Shown here one piece after another: positions 34,605-48,543 of a DNA stretch of 64,000 nucleotides. This DNA comes from Microbotryum violaceum (taxonomy: Eukaryota). The stretch's first letter is position 1. Each line of letters begins with the position of its first letter. The DNA lies in NCBI GenBank assembly GCA_001244265.2, contig CDLV01000018.1, positions 372,001 through 436,000 on the forward strand, in the 5' to 3' direction. The notes under the pieces are model-generated. The model was given only the letters and a program-made list of their open reading frames with translations. It did not search any database and was not told where the DNA came from. The position numbers and the translations under genes were made by a program.

Positions 34605-35912
34605 TCTCGCACCTCGGTCTTCGACGACGACGGCGGCATGGATCATCGACATCGACTCCGCCTCGCCTCTCATCGAAGGCATTACCTCTCTTTGGTCGAG
34701 TGTCTGTAGCGGCGCGTGGGCTTGGTCCTTAGTTTCTTCAACCATATATTTACTACTTGGCCTCTTTTGGTTCTCATTCTTCTTAGTATCCGTCGCTCTA
34801 CTCGCTTCATTTCCTCGACCCCCCAGAGTCACTCTTGACCCCCTCAGTTGCTCCCCTCCCCCCCTCTTCACAAGCGACCGCCCGTCCCTTGGGAAGTTGC
34901 TTCTTTTGACTCGATAGACGTGTCCAATCTTTGCCCCATTGTCAATGTCCATTCTTATCTCATTCACGGACCATCCTCATCATCGTCGCTGTCTCGGGCA
35001 GCTCGCGCGTTCGGCCACTGGAGACTGGGCGCCGATCAGATAAAAGAAAAAGTGAACAATACAAGAATGCCTTCGCTACTGCTCATAAAGACAAAAATAT
35101 ATTTTCCGAAAAAGACAAAAATGCCCTCGTGAATTCAGCTGACTGCAATACAGGATGTATCGCTTCCAAGAGTCCAGTTCGCGAGGATACCTTGGCACAG
35201 CAGCTCGGTGATTCAAGACATGCGCATGCGCCAGCGGGACACTGAAACCTCACCTTCTGACCTGATTTCGCACATACCTTCCCCGAAACCTGACGAATCG
35301 ATTACGTCAAACATGTGACAGTTTCTTTGGATCGAGTGTGAGGAATGATGCGGGCCAGTCATTGTCACGTTGGACATGCACAGCCACAGACGACACGTGT
35401 GCAGCGAGGGAGCAAGCACTGTCCAAAAGAGCCCCTTTGTGCCGTAATCACCCCAATTTATCGAGGGCTCGTCTCGTTTATCGAGCGTCCGGCATACATT
35501 TCAATCGTCCTGGCAGACGCCCGATACACCAGACAACACTCTCGGCACTTGACACTGCGCGAAAGGTCTCGACAACTATAGCGATCCCACCACAAAGCGA
35601 TGCTCAAGAAACAGACTGTTGAGATTTCAATTGCGCTGAAGGGTTTCATCGTATGTTCTTCATTCTTTTTCTCTATATTTTTCGCTCTCATGGCTCAAGA
35701 CTACGAAACGAAAGACGTGCTCCCCGCCCCTCAGAAAACCCCACCGCTGACCAATGAAAGAGTCGGTCGGGACGAAGTTGAGAGCCGAACGGGTGTCCGT
35801 CAGTTCCTCCTGTCTGAACGCGCTCCTCTTCTTGGGCCTTCCAGACGACGAGCAACGGACGACGGCCTCAACAATCAACGATCGGTTCTTGTGGGAGATT
35901 GCGTAGAGTCGT

Positions 35913-36974
35913 CTAGTAGTTGTCAGAGCTGACGGCCTGCTCGGCCTGCTCGCGGGCTTGACGCTTCGCCTTCTCGCGGTCGAGGAAGTTGAGGCCCTTG
36001 GTTTCGAAGAGCTCTGGAGGGAAGCAAGCAAGCAGAAAGGGAAAATAGCACGTGTTAGTTGGGCTCGAGTGATTTGTACACGTGCAATGGATGAAACTCA
36101 CTGTCAGCCTCAGCACCGGCGAAACCAGCGAGCAACTCCTATAAACGGCAGATGTTCCTTGCGTTAGGAACCCAGCGACACGTCCGCACGTGGCAGCTGG
36201 ACTAGCGACTGACCTTGGCGAGCTGGTGGTTGGCGGGCCTGCCGTTTTGCGAAACGTGGCGTTCGTAAGCCCTTTTTTATGTTGGGAGTAGGAGTTCCGA
36301 GGTCAGTTTCATGTTTGCAAATGGGTTCAAAGGCTGGTTATGGGGTCTATAATCGGTGCCCGAGGCCGAAAGCGGGCTGGGGCAAAGCTTTCGGCCTCGC
36401 CTCGGGCAAAGGGAGGTGACTCACTTCTCGGCCTCGAAAGCGGCAGCACCGGCGATCAACTCTGTGGGGCGGGGGAGGGACCGAGCGCGAAGATGATCAG
36501 TACATGCGCAAACATGACATCGGAGTGCAGATTGGCCGAAAAGCTCGAGCTCGAGTACCGTATGGCTCCATTTACTGAAAGATGAGGTGAGTGGGGCCCG
36601 GTTATGGAAAAAAAGTCTCCGCCGCAGCCATTGGCTACGCTCGATTACCGCCGGAAGCCCCTACAAAAAGTGCCGCGCCCTAGACCAGACTTACCATGAG
36701 TCCACGACGACTCGTGCTGCTGTTCACCGTAGACGGCGTTGTGGGCCTCTTGCTCGTTGTTGCCGAAGAATCTAGAGGGAGAAGTGGGAGCGCGGTATGG
36801 GAGCGGGGGGAGGGGCAGGTGGGGGCCCGGAAATACGTTAAACAGGTGGTCGACGTGGCAGTGCCCGAGGGAAGGAGGGGGGTAAGGAGTGGTGGGGTGG
36901 ATGAAACGTGGTCAGTTCTACGTTCGTACGAGGAGACGATGCGGATTATCACAACCTGCTATTACTCACCCCAT
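35913..36974 (-). CDS. cipC: CipC-like protein (DUF3759), 6 small exons
   Basis: Spliced product MG/FFGNNEQEAHNAVYGEQQHESSWTH/ELIAGAAAFEAEK/AYERHVSQNGRPANHQLAK/ELLAGFAGAEAD/KLFETKGLNFLDREKAKRQAREQAEQAVSSDNY carries the CipC family motifs. Confidence 0.9.
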
Positions 36975-37753
36975 GTTGATAGTAGTTGTGCGGGTTAGGG
37001 GGGTTGGGTGAAAGAAGTGTGTGGTGTGAGTGTGAGGTGGAGGAAAGAGAGAATGAAAGGAAGGCTTGATGATGAAAGAGAGCTTGCCGATCTCTCCAGA
37101 GCCTGCCGTTGCCTAAGTGGGGACCACCATCGAGGCACCCACGCTAAAAATAGCCCCGCAAGTTCCCACCACTCAGAATCAGCGCTGATGGCATGCCACG
37201 GTTTCCTCGGGCTCTCGACATGTCATGGCTGTGCACTTGGACATCCCGAGCTGTTGTTGCACGTCTAAAGGCCGGTGCTCTCGTCAGGGGCGCATCGGTA
37301 GTGAGCGCGCATACATTCAGCTTCAACGTGCTGCACAGCCACTCTCGAAAGCGATCGGTGCACACTTGACGAACCGTACTAAGTCGGAAATGTCTTTTCT
37401 ATGCTAAAGCGTGAACACGAACACACGGTCCTCTCCCATCGATAAAAGGGAGCAAAAAGTGATCACGACGCGACTCACGCTGATCGCCTTTCGGCATGAT
37501 GCGCTCAAGCGCGCGTGGACGTCAACGTCATGAGCAGTTTGTCTCACAGGCTCCTGCGCACGCGCATCTGCATAGCCTCGTCCCGTCGATAACGATGCGT
37601 GAGCTGAGCACTCGGGAATGTACATGCATCCGTGACTAATAAGTATTATGCCAATCAAAATCTCGAAAAAGTAAGCGGGGTGATTCATCCTACACCCCTC
37701 CGGTCCAAATCAACTCAAAGGGAACTGTCCATGCGAACGAGCGGGGAAGCAAT

Positions 37754-39389
37754 CTACAGCACAACGAAGAGTGTACCGAGCATCGTGGGACCGATGACGA
37801 GCAAAGGGTTGACGAGGCCATGCGACCGCAGACCGGCTGATGTGGTTACTCCGAGTGCGACACCACCCTTGGAAGTACTGCGGAAGAGATGCGAGGTGGG
37901 GGATGAGCTGTGCTGTGCAGCGCTGCTTCTCCGTGCACTGCTTCTCGGTGCTTCGATGCTTCTCGGTGCTTCACTGCTTCTCCGACGTTCGAGGTTGACT
38001 CGGGACTTACTCAGGGTAGTATCTGAAGGAAACGACAAAGAAGAGGAATAAGTTCATCGCCAGTTTGATTGTCACTGAACCCTCTTGTGATCCTTCTCAG
38101 GCAGCCTCTTCCCATTGCCGCCTCCGATCCTGTCCCATAGGTCCAGCGATTTTACAAGCCATAATCTTCCGCACATCGACCGAACACTTACTTTGGCGTA
38201 TCATCATAATTCTTGACTTGGTAGAACGGCACGATCTCGGCATTGGTACCGCAAACCGAGGTGAGTATGTAGTTACACGCGGTCTGGCACGTCTGCACAT
38301 TCGTCACGGCCGTGTTCCGGCGATTTTGGCATGCGTCAAGGCATGAGAGCGCTCGTAATCGACAGTCTACGGAGATGTATGATTGAAAAAGCATGTGAGT
38401 CGACCAGACTGGCTGCGGGATACGCGGCATCGATCCACCCGAGAAGGATTTGTTTGCTGCTTACCGTAGGTCGTGACGGGCGCTACGATGGGTGCGAGTC
38501 GAGAGGTGGCCTTGTTGTTGCATTCGCAGTTCCACCCCATGGTTTTCGGATTACAGCTGTGACATCAGCCCGCCAAGCAGAGTCAGTACCTCGAGAAGCG
38601 GAGCTCGTAAGCTATTGTGGGCCGAGGCCAATCGCTCTCCGATTGCGTTCTACTCTGTCCACATGCTCGGTCGCAGGACGAATGCTCACAAGTTGACAGA
38701 GACGTTAGCTGAATTGCTGGTGCAATGCGATGTGGCACAAAATTGGATTTGTTGTGCACAAATCGCCGTCTTGGTCGCATTGGACTGCAGAGTGCCGAAG
38801 ACACGGAAAAGCAGGCGAGGTCAGTGAAAGTCGGCGAACTCAAGAGCTTGCCTAACGCTAGCGCCAAGCGCCGAGGTCACGCCGACGAAGCGCGAAGCTC
38901 AGCCGAGGTGCTACCCTACGTCCGACAGCGCTTGACTAGTGATAGTGAGGGGACGCTCACTTCTTCTGTCAAGTTGTAGGTATACGGTGGGAGGTATTTG
39001 GCGAATGCGGAAGCGGAGGCTGCCGCATACGGTGTGGCGCCGGCGTAAGTTGGTACAGGTAAGAGCGTCTGCGGCGCCGTCGTGGTTGTTGTCGTGGCTG
39101 CACTTGAGTTTTGAGCTGTGGGAAAGGCAGAGATGAAGGTCAGCTGAATCGCTCTTGAGCCAAGACAACCTGGTGGCTGGGAAGCGATAATCTGGGATGG
39201 TGCAGCGGCTTCATCGTCCGGAGGCTCCTTAGGCCCGGGCATGGCGCACGGCGAATTTGAACGGACGTCGGCGACCGGATATCCGAGGACGACGGCCAAG
39301 CTAAGGTTCGAGAACTACTGACCCAGAACGACCGAAAAGCCGCTGGCTACGATGAGCGCCAAATACGATCTTGTTGAGCACATCCGCAT
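37754..39389 (-). CDS. Secreted Cys-rich cell-surface protein, probably GPI-anchored, multi-exon
   Basis: Signal peptide MRMCSTRSYLALIVASGFSVVLA spliced to QNSSAATTTT. Cys domain ICAQQIQFCATSHC...CNPKTMGWNCEC...CRLRALSCLDAC...CQTAC...VCG, then a Ser-rich stalk and hydrophobic end LLVIGPTMLGTLFVVL. Confidence 0.75.
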
Positions 39390-39744
39390 CCTTGTTGATG
39401 GACCTAGTCGCGCAGGGGGCTTGCTTGAACGAGTGATGTGGTGGGTGGTGGATCAGTGCAAGCGGTGCGAGTGGAAAGGTAAGCCAACCCCCGCGCGGGC
39501 GGCCTCCGCTAGCTCCGCTAGCAGCTACGGTGAATCCGGGGAATTGAGCGATTCCCTCGATCGCTAATGGTGAGAAAGGAGGTCGGACCGCTCGCTATGC
39601 CTAATTCTGGAATTCTGGCCCCCACAAGGCCGTCAGTGAGAGCGCGTCGTAACACCTTCCGCTTCCTATCGGTGTCTCCGAGTACCTCTCCTGTAGTTGA
39701 CACCAAGTCGAGCCGACAGCCAACTCGTTCGTCGGCTTAGACAA

Positions 39745-39797
39745 GGACGACTGCTTGCTTCCACGCAGGTTGGACGACTGCTTGCTTCCACGCAGGT
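39745..39797. repeat. Two-copy tandem repeat with a 27-nt period
   Basis: GGACGACTGCTTGCTTCCACGCAGGT occurs twice in tandem. Confidence 0.85.
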
Positions 39798-39945
39798 CCT
39801 GCCACGAAGCGTATCCCACCCGCCCAAGACTCGCCTCTCACCGATCTCACCCATCGCTATCGAGTCGGAGCTCGGCCTCATCCGGCGCCACGACTCCTTC
39901 GCCGATCGAATCCCAGCCGGACCTTAGTACCCCCATTAGCTTACC

Positions 39946-41627
39946 ATGGCAAGCTTCTACAGTCGACGAGCGTCCTATGTCGCTTCATGGGCACCACAAC
40001 GTATCTACCCACTCCAGGAACCATCCTTCAAACCACCGACGTCGGCCGATGCTCCTCAGAACTTCGCGGCGCCGCTGTCACCCTCCCTATCACGCGCCAG
40101 CGCCACTCGAGCCAACAGCTCCCAAGATGCCTCGAACGCGGACACAGTTCTCGCTTCAGCAACGAGCCCAACTACAGCAGCCACAGTCGGAGAACCTACC
40201 AACCGGCTTCAAGCGCCACCCATGTACTACCCCGGTCAAGCCCAGCTCGCTCGAACTCGAGCCGCCGCCGCCGCCGCCACCGGACTGGACCCCGAACTGC
40301 ACGCCTCGAGCAGCACCAACGTCGCGAGTTCCATCACCGCAACCATACCGTGGCAGTCGCACCCGACCGCAACGCACGCGAGAGCGATCAAGAGACTCCT
40401 TCGCATACCTCTGTGGTGGAGTAGCTTGACCAAGGAGAGTGAGGTCCTGTGGCAAGAATGGCCAAAAGAGTTTGGAGGGACCAAGATGCTGCCGAGCTCA
40501 AGCACCGACGACGAGGAACAGAGGGTGCAGGGGAGATCCTCGACGAGCGTCACAAGATCCTTGTCTCGACGGAGTGGGGCAAGTATAGCCGACTCGGGCA
40601 TCGCATTGACTCCAAGGCCGACATTTTCGTCGTCGAGCGAGATGCCGCTCCACCATTTGCTCGAACCGCTCTTCAAGTCGCGCATCGAAGAGCTCGACGA
40701 ACTGGTTCCACAACATCTCGGTCCGAGTCGAGTGTGGCTCGCCGCATTGGAGATTATCAACTGGCTTTGGATTGTCGCTTTGGTCGTGGCTTTGGCTCAG
40801 GGGAAGGGCAAGCAAACCAAAATTCTTGAGGGCGTTGAGGTGAGCAGCCGTTCCGAAGTCTCTGTCGATCAGGGCTGGATCGGTCCGGCTAAATCACTGT
40901 CTCGTGCTCTTTTCATCACGCAGCTCACACTTATTGTGATCATTGTGCTCAATGGAATAGGCGTAAATGCCGTGCGGGTGAGTCATATTACCTTGTGAAC
41001 TCGTTCCTTGCTTTGTCCTGGAACTGACCCAGCACTGTCTGTTCAGATGCGTCGGTGGGCCTTGGCTCGCGCACTCCGACTTCGATCCCGTGATTGGTCA
41101 CCTCTACCAACGACGACATCGACAAACGCCCAGCTGCTCAACAATGCCCAACTGCAAGGTCTGGGTGAGGAACGAGAGGATGCCCAGATGACGACGGATC
41201 GGACGAGGGGCAAGGATCAACCGACTTTGAGGTGGAGGATGATGGAGACCGAGGTGAGCAATCAGTGTGGGTCAACTTGATGCGCGCGTGTGCTAATTCT
41301 ATTGGTATCGGATGGTTTGAGCAGGGCTCCTGGTGGCTTTCATACCGCCCGATCATCAAATGTGAACTCGTCATGCCATCGGTCACCCATGCGCGACACC
41401 ACGTCGCCCCCCCTCTACCACTTTTAACCGATCTGCCAGCTCTTGGTACCGCCGAGGCATCGCGACCACCTCCACCGCTGTCTTCAACGCCTCCTTCACC
41501 TACGCCACCGGTTCTTTCAACTCACGCCATTGCGGAAGAAGACCAGTCTCACCAAGGCGATGCCCCGGCCTACTCAGAGTCTTTAACCATCGTCCTTCCT
41601 CCAGTGCCTTTCAAGTCCCTTTTGTAG
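39946..41627 (+). CDS. Hypothetical membrane protein (2 predicted TM segments), 3 exons
   Basis: 350-codon ORF with hydrophobic stretches (WLWIVALVVALA; LTLIVIIVLNGIGV). In-frame introns at about 40978-41046 and 41254-41323 link the downstream ORFs. Confidence 0.6.
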
Positions 41628-41719
41628 CTATCCCCCTCTCTCTTCAACTTCTGCGCCGTAATAGTTTACGAAAATGCATTTTGCTCGCGTTCTCCGAAGA
41701 ATTGGTGTATTCGCAATCA

Positions 41720-42464
41720 TCACCTCGATCCTTCAAAATGGAACACCTCGGGCAGATCAACCCACCATCCTTTCTCCCCTCCTGATCCAGTCGCTCCTTC
41801 AACGAGCGATTCTTGCATCCCATCCGTCAGAGCCCACCATCTTCGGGTCTCCTCGTTCTACGGAACACGATGATATCTCACGTTAGGATTTTCTTTAGAA
41901 GAGGGAGAAGTTTCGACAACTGACCTCTGCGATTTTTTGACAATCGCCTTCCCAGTCGTCGCCGACATAAGTGAAGTGCGCGATCAAGAGGTTGTTCTCG
42001 GCGTAGTGGTGGATCGTGTAATTTTTGAAATGTGCCTGGGAAGGTCAAAATCAATGCCATTTAGTTGAAGATTAGCCACCCTGATTACAAGCCGAGCGGG
42101 AGCTTACCTGTTCTAACGTCTCCAATACGCCCGGCCAAGCGTTTGCGTGGAGCTGCAGTTGGCTCCCACGAACGTCAAGGGTAGTTCACCGTGTCCAGGA
42201 AGGGAGATGTGGGTGTGATGGGAACATATCATCATCAGTTACTTGTCCTCACCAAGACCCCTGAACACTCCACAGGACCTCTCAGGAAGTGACACTTCCC
42301 ACTAGCTTCCGGCTAGAGAGGGTGGACACGTGACCTGGATGCCAAGCGGAACGGACCCGCCGGGCCTTGACGGGCGGGAGAAGACTCCAATCACTTACAT
42401 GAACGTATTCGTCCAATCTATCGGGCTTGATGCGGATGATCTGACAAACTCGTTTAGGCGCCAT
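41720..42464 (-). CDS. L-rhamnose mutarotase family (DUF718/RhaM), multi-exon
   Basis: MAPKRVCQIIRIKPDRLDEYVH/LHANAWPGVLETLEQ/AHFKNYTIHHY...LIAHFTYVGDDWEGD.../WWALTDGMQESLVEGATGS...WWVDLPEVFHFEG. Confidence 0.85.
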
Positions 42465-43194
42465 AATGACGGTACACCGTGAGTCTGGGCTTTTGTAAGG
42501 ACGCTGAACGTTGAGACGCGGGTTTCTGACGGATGAAGAGAAGTGTCTCGGCCCCCCCGCGCTGGACCCCATCAAGTCGTCTCTTCGGAAATCGACCGCT
42601 CCGACGGGCCGAGGCGCGCCTGGCCCCTTGCTCCAAAGGTCCCGCCCGACCCGCCGCCCCGGTCGGCCAGTCGCCCGCTCACCTCTTGATATCAAGAAAT
42701 CCGGAACGGTGGGAAGCATCGAATGATCTGGCACGCGGTTCGAGAGGGAGTCGTGACTACCTACGTGCTCGGTTCTGGATCCTTCCCTTCTTCATGTACA
42801 GCGCGCGGGGAAGGGAAATCGTTTCCTGAGTTGAAGTCTCTTCTGGACGGGGCCACGAGCGAGGAAATAACGGATTCGCCGCGTCTGGACCACCGTCTGT
42901 ACACCACCTCTGAGCCGCCTCCGAGTCTATGTGGTAGAAGTCCTGAGTATACATACTCTAAAAAAATGTTAATGGTCTTCACAAAACTACACCCCTGCAC
43001 GTGGGGTCAGCTCGCAATGCAACAAGTCGAATTGACCGCCATCCCTGGCAGCTCGGGCCTTCGCCGAGCCCGCGTCCGCCCTTGCTTTGAGCAGGCGCAA
43101 CAATCAACCTTCGCAAGTGCAGGGCAAGTATTACAACATATATCGTCATCATCCTGATCTAGAAGGAAAATACAGGGCCCGCTCTCCCTCCGCA

Positions 43195-46100
43195 TCAACA
43201 CCCAAAATTCAACGCCGTCTCCCTGATTCTCAACCTGACCGTCCGCTCCCCTGGCCAATCGAACGTCACCCATTCAAGCGTCGCTGCATTCGTCATCAAC
43301 GCCTCATCCCCGACATGGAACTCATACTGCTTGAAAGGCGAAGTCCCATTCGACGCATTTGAAGAGGTCGTCACCGCCGCTGCTAGACCAGTCGTTTGTC
43401 GAGGTGCAGCACCGGGCATCAAGAGAGAAAAGAGACCGATGCCGACTTTCCAAACGACAACTTTGGATTCCTCCAACGACACCGTCACGAGACGATGACC
43501 ATCGCGGGACCAGGAAACAGCCGTGACGGCTCGTTTGTGCCCTTCGAGAACGTACATCCGCGTCGCGGTCTTGAGGTCGTAGATGATCGCTGCGCCTTCG
43601 TGGGTCCCGACGGCAAGACGTTGGGAGCTGCCGTGAAAGTCGATCGAAGGGTAGGTGCGCACGAGCTCGTTCAAAATGACGGTCGCGGCTTGATGGACCG
43701 TCTTGCGCAATGCTGTGACGGTCGGATCTAGAGACTTGACCACGGCTTCGGCGAGGCGTGGCAAGCTCGTCAAGAGCACGAGTGGTTTCTGCAGGGAGGC
43801 ACTGAGATGCGTCAGCCTGGCTCACGAAACGCTTCGAGACCAATACAACACCCTGACCCACCTTGCGAATCATGAACCCCAACAATTTGAGCGTCGCATT
43901 ACGATGCGAAGCCGAAGGTGCATTGAGGATATCAAAGATCAACGTCGTCATGAACAACGGCGTATTGACCGAAGCGACTTGCAGCGTCGCATGTTTAGCG
44001 AGCAGGCGCAACTCGGGCGGTGTCGAAGGGTCCCGACCCGTCGCGAGGCCAAAGAGGTGTCGAACGAGTTCCATCGCATCGACGTAATTTTGGAAGATGA
44101 CGAATCCACGGGCGCATAGTTCGACCGCGATGGATTGGTGGTACGGGTGCGCAAAGTCTTGGATGTAAGCCACCAGCGACGCGGTCAAATCTTCAAGGAC
44201 CCTGCGGGGATTAGCATAGCCCATGCGTCAGTGACGATCCACTCATTATGAACCCAGCCAATCTCAACCCACATGGGTGAAAGAAGTGAGAACCTCTCGC
44301 ATGCAATCAGTCCAACCACCAACACCGCCTGGTCTGCGCCCTCGCACAAGGACCCCACTTCACTCTGCCTTGCCGGCAACGCGTCCTGCCACTGTTCAAC
44401 CAGAGCCTCGACGCGTGTATCGCTCGACGCGGCCAAGTAAGTCCCGAACAACGTCCTCGCCGCCTGTTGAACCTCGGTCGACGTATCGAGCCAGAAATCG
44501 GCGAGGTAGTTGAGCGAAGGAAACTCGAACTCTTCGCCAACGGTTTCGTCCAGGAAGCTCGAGTAGAAGACGATCGCTTGCGAGGCGTAGCGTTCGGTAT
44601 CGGGGAAATTGAGGAAGAAACGAAGGACGCAAACGAGCTGCAAGAGTCGTTGGGCTGTCATAATGGGAGAGATCCTCCATGGTGAAAGGGACGACTCGTC
44701 GAAGGGGAAAGCGAGCGAGTTCGTACTCTGCAACGCCTCGGCATGGCAACGGTCCGGCTTAGGAGCACCGAGATGTTCGGAAATGAGTTGATCGGTATCG
44801 GTATCGAGTCCAAACGTCGCAAGGTGAGAGAGGAGAAAGCGCAGCCTATCCAATCTCCCCGACTTGCCAGCGTCTTCGGCGTTGCTGAAGTCGGCTAGGG
44901 ATCCCTCATCGGCACCCGCCGTTGCAGGCATCGCACCCTCAAGCATCGCCATCTCTCGGTTGACGCGTTTCGACTCGAGCCAAGGAAGTAGACCCTGGCC
45001 CCTTTCAAGTTCTTGACGAAGGTCGATGTTGAGGATCGGGGCGATGAGCGAGCCTGTTGGTGGGTCCGAGACATTCTGAAAGCCCGCAGTGAACCTATGC
45101 TCGTCACATCTCGTCAGCACATCAATAACCGCGAACAGGACCAAGTTCTAGTCAAACTCACCAAGTCAACCATTTCCCCTCGGCCAAAACCCCTCTAGCA
45201 GTCTTAGCATCCATAGACCTCCTCAACTCCCTCCGCTTGACATCACACACCCTCGCCAACCCATGCGCATAAACGACCAAGATCTCCTCCCCCAGCGTCG
45301 AGATACTCATCACCGGGCTCTTGGTCCCAGGTAAGACGAACAATAGTGCTGGAGGAAATAGGGAAACCAGAGCTATTGGCGAGTTGGCGGAGATGAAGGC
45401 GATCGTTTGAGCGAGTTGAGGGATGGTGGGATCTTGGATGAAGGCGAATTGGGAAACGGGGGAAGCGAAGAGGCACCATCGGCCTATCTCGTCCCAATCG
45501 CTTAAGTTCCAGGCTCCAGCTGTACCATCGACGGCTCCGGCGATGACAACGTCACGACCACCAAGCTTGACCACCGAGAGCAACGAGATGGCACCGGACA
45601 GGTTCGCATCGGGACATTTGATGTCCGTCACGGCCTCGAGACTGCCGAGCGAACAAACGCAAATCTCGCCAGTGCTATAGCCCACGATGACCTGTGCTCC
45701 ATCCAGTTGCTGTAAACGCGTGACGTGAGATTGCTTGCGTGCGGGGCCAGACGACAGGAGCACGCGCAATTCGAGGCTCGCCTCAGCAGAGGTGGCGACG
45801 ACGCTTTTATCTAAAGTGAGTGCGGCGAGCTCCCGCTGCCCGTCTCCAGTCGATCGAGCCACCAGATATCCAACCGATGAAGTCGAACCCATAAGACGAG
45901 CCGTCCACTCGACCCCAGCCGTTGCGACGTCTCCCATCAACCTGAAGCGGAACGGTCCCTCTTGCGGGGCATCTTTGGCGTCCGACGGCTCGAGCCGATA
46001 CAATCGCAGTCCTGTCTTGGTCGCCACGAGGACGTTGTTGTACCCTTCGACCGAGACGTCGATAATCCCCTCCAGTCTGACGAGCGCGAGTTGGATGACC

Positions 46101-48543
46101 TTTTGATCCCGAATCGTAAAAAGTAGGATACTTGAAGAGCTGTAGACTAGCAGGTCATCGACGCAGTTGCGAAATCCACGCACGCTTCCCGTCAGGCCCT
46201 CGAGCACGCCAGCTGAATGCGCGGGTTCAATCTTGACTCCCGGAGACGATGACTGTGAATCGCGATCTTGAGATTCGATCGGGATCAGGGGCCGTACGAC
46301 CAGTTCGGCAGTGGCGGTGCTTAAAGATGTTGTCGGCGAAGCGAACACGATGTAGTGGACGCCTGGGAGTGGCAAGGCGTGCTCAATATTACAGCTCAAT
46401 GACCATTGAGGACCCACACTCACCTTGCTTGAAGATGATCGCCGCTCCCCCAGGTCCTGTCCCACCCTCCACCACATCCTGCGCAACGAAATCATCCAAA
46501 TTGACTGCAACGAAACCCACTCCATACGTTCCAAAACACAGCGCAAACGTAATCTGTAGGATTTTCTCAAGCAACGTTCAGCTTGCAAACAATGATCGAT
46601 GTTCGCTTCAGAGACTTTGCACCCACATCGGCCAGTTGGACCATCTTCAACCCCAAGAAGGTGATCTGCACATCTGTCGAATCGAGCGGGACTTTGCTAG
46701 AGACATCGCAGCGAGCGAACGCTCGTCCATCGATCAGGGAATGGGCTGACAAGAGACTGTGGTCGTGATATGACTTTCAATGAGCAGCCACTCCTGTGCA
46801 TCGAGTATCACATGCGCCCACTCACCCTCTGCGTCTCAGCACGATTAGTGCTCGGCCTCTTTCCTCGGGTGCGAAAGCTAGACCATCCACGATTTTCAAC
46901 CCGACAATCTCTCCCGACCCGCTCGTTTGTACCCTGATGAGCGGCACCAAATCCATTAAAGGCGTCTCCTCTCTTTCTTCAACCTCCTGTGCGCGTTCGA
47001 GGTCCTTCTCCTCTCCACCTACAAGAGACGGTGAGATCGGCCCCGGTCCGTCATGAACGGACGTTGCGGCATTCGATTCAGTCTCCCACAAACCGATCCC
47101 CGTCGTAATACTATCCTTGGCCCTATGGTGCCTCTTCGCCGCCGACGAAGGAGCGATCGATATCACCGACGCACTCGAACTGGCGACACGATGTCCCCCA
47201 TTTGAGGTATTGGATCTTGACATGGGTGAAGTGCTGGGTGCGCGCGAGATGTCTTCGATGGAAGCGCGATGCATGCCGAGGAGGTCGACGCTCGAGCCGG
47301 TGTTGAGCATCGAGATGCCGACGGTGGCGCTCGCCTTTCGAGGTCGAGGAGCGATGACGTGCCCTTCTCCAAGAGGCGAAGCCGTTGGCGAGGTCGGTGA
47401 TAGGACACCGGATGGTACGCGTTTGCGGTTGTTGGATGCTAATGAATGGACCGAATTCGCACTCGAATGAGTCGCCAGAGGTGGGCGAATGGCCGAACCG
47501 AGACCTAGGCCGGCAGTGGGGCTATTCCGAGGAAGGGAGATTGAAGGAGGCCGAGAGCGCGTATTGGGAGACACGGGAGGGGATGCAGGCACAGATCTCC
47601 CCGCGTTCGGTGAGTTGGGACCACTCGTGCTGGCTGAGGTGGCCATGGCCGAAAGCGAGTCGGTCGAGGTGGCGGTTGCTCGGCGACTTGGGTGATCGAG
47701 TGTCAAACGTGGCACCATGGGCTCGTGGGCGACTGGTCCGTGGCCGTTGATCATATTGGACGACGATGATGGTGACAAGATCCACAACGACCCATCCTCG
47801 CACCCCACAGCTACCCTCAGCACGGTCTTGCCCGTACATCTCCTCGAAGAATCTTCTTCACCGTCCTCCTTCTCTAGTTTCCCCTTGCCCTTTCTCCGAC
47901 TCGAATGCGAGCTGACGGGATGCGAATGGTCCTGGCCACCATCGGCCGTAGGTTTGGTAGGTAAGACCTCAATATAAGTCGAAGCAATGGCAGTGACTCT
48001 CCGACTTGTCTCGACGAGCCAACTGGGGAGATCTTCGCCCGTCTCGGTCGTCTGATCGCGTATCGAGCTCAGGTTGACGAGCGGGAACAGGGTCGAGGTC
48101 GAGTCGGACATGGCTTCGTAAGAATGTAACGGTTCCTCGTTCGTCCGATTCAGTTGTGGTGTAGTTGGTGACGATTGCTGTAACCGATCCGCCCCTGTCG
48201 TGGCCTCCTCCTCCCCCTCGACGCTCCACGACATCTCCCTTCGATCCAGCACATCGAATACGTCCTCACAAGCCGGCCTCAGCCCATGCTCAGCAACCCA
48301 AAGCTTAGGCACCGGTGCATTCACCAACGAGAACGACACATGCAATGGCCAGGACGTCGTCGCACCTTTCATCGAGCTCCTGCCTTCGACTCCATTCGAC
48401 GTCGTCGCGCCCGTGGTGGCTGAGGACGACGAGGATGCGATAGGTGGGGTGGAGGAACCTGGGCCATGGTTGGGTGTGTGGAGTCGCGATACGGGTGTAC
48501 CGGGTCGGGATATTGGAGTCAGGGCGCCTTTGAGCGACTGCAT
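43195..48543 (-). CDS. Large WD40 protein, WDR7/rabconnectin-3beta-like, multi-exon
   Basis: C-terminus YPSIDFHGSSQRLAVGTHEG..IYDLKTATRMYVLEGHKRAVTAVSWSRDGHRLVTVS is typical of WDR7/WDR72. Successive minus-strand ORFs are separated by short introns. Confidence 0.8.

Noticed and set aside
36992-37000. GGGTTAGGG (CCCTAACCC on the minus strand) as a telomerase template or interstitial telomere
   Set aside because: Only 9 nt, lying in the C-rich 5' leader about 20 nt upstream of the cipC ATG; expected by chance.
39300-39325. In-frame TAG after the signal peptide of the GPI-type gene (readthrough or pseudogene)
   Set aside because: It lies inside a GTCAGT...CAG intron of about 200 nt whose removal restores the frame.
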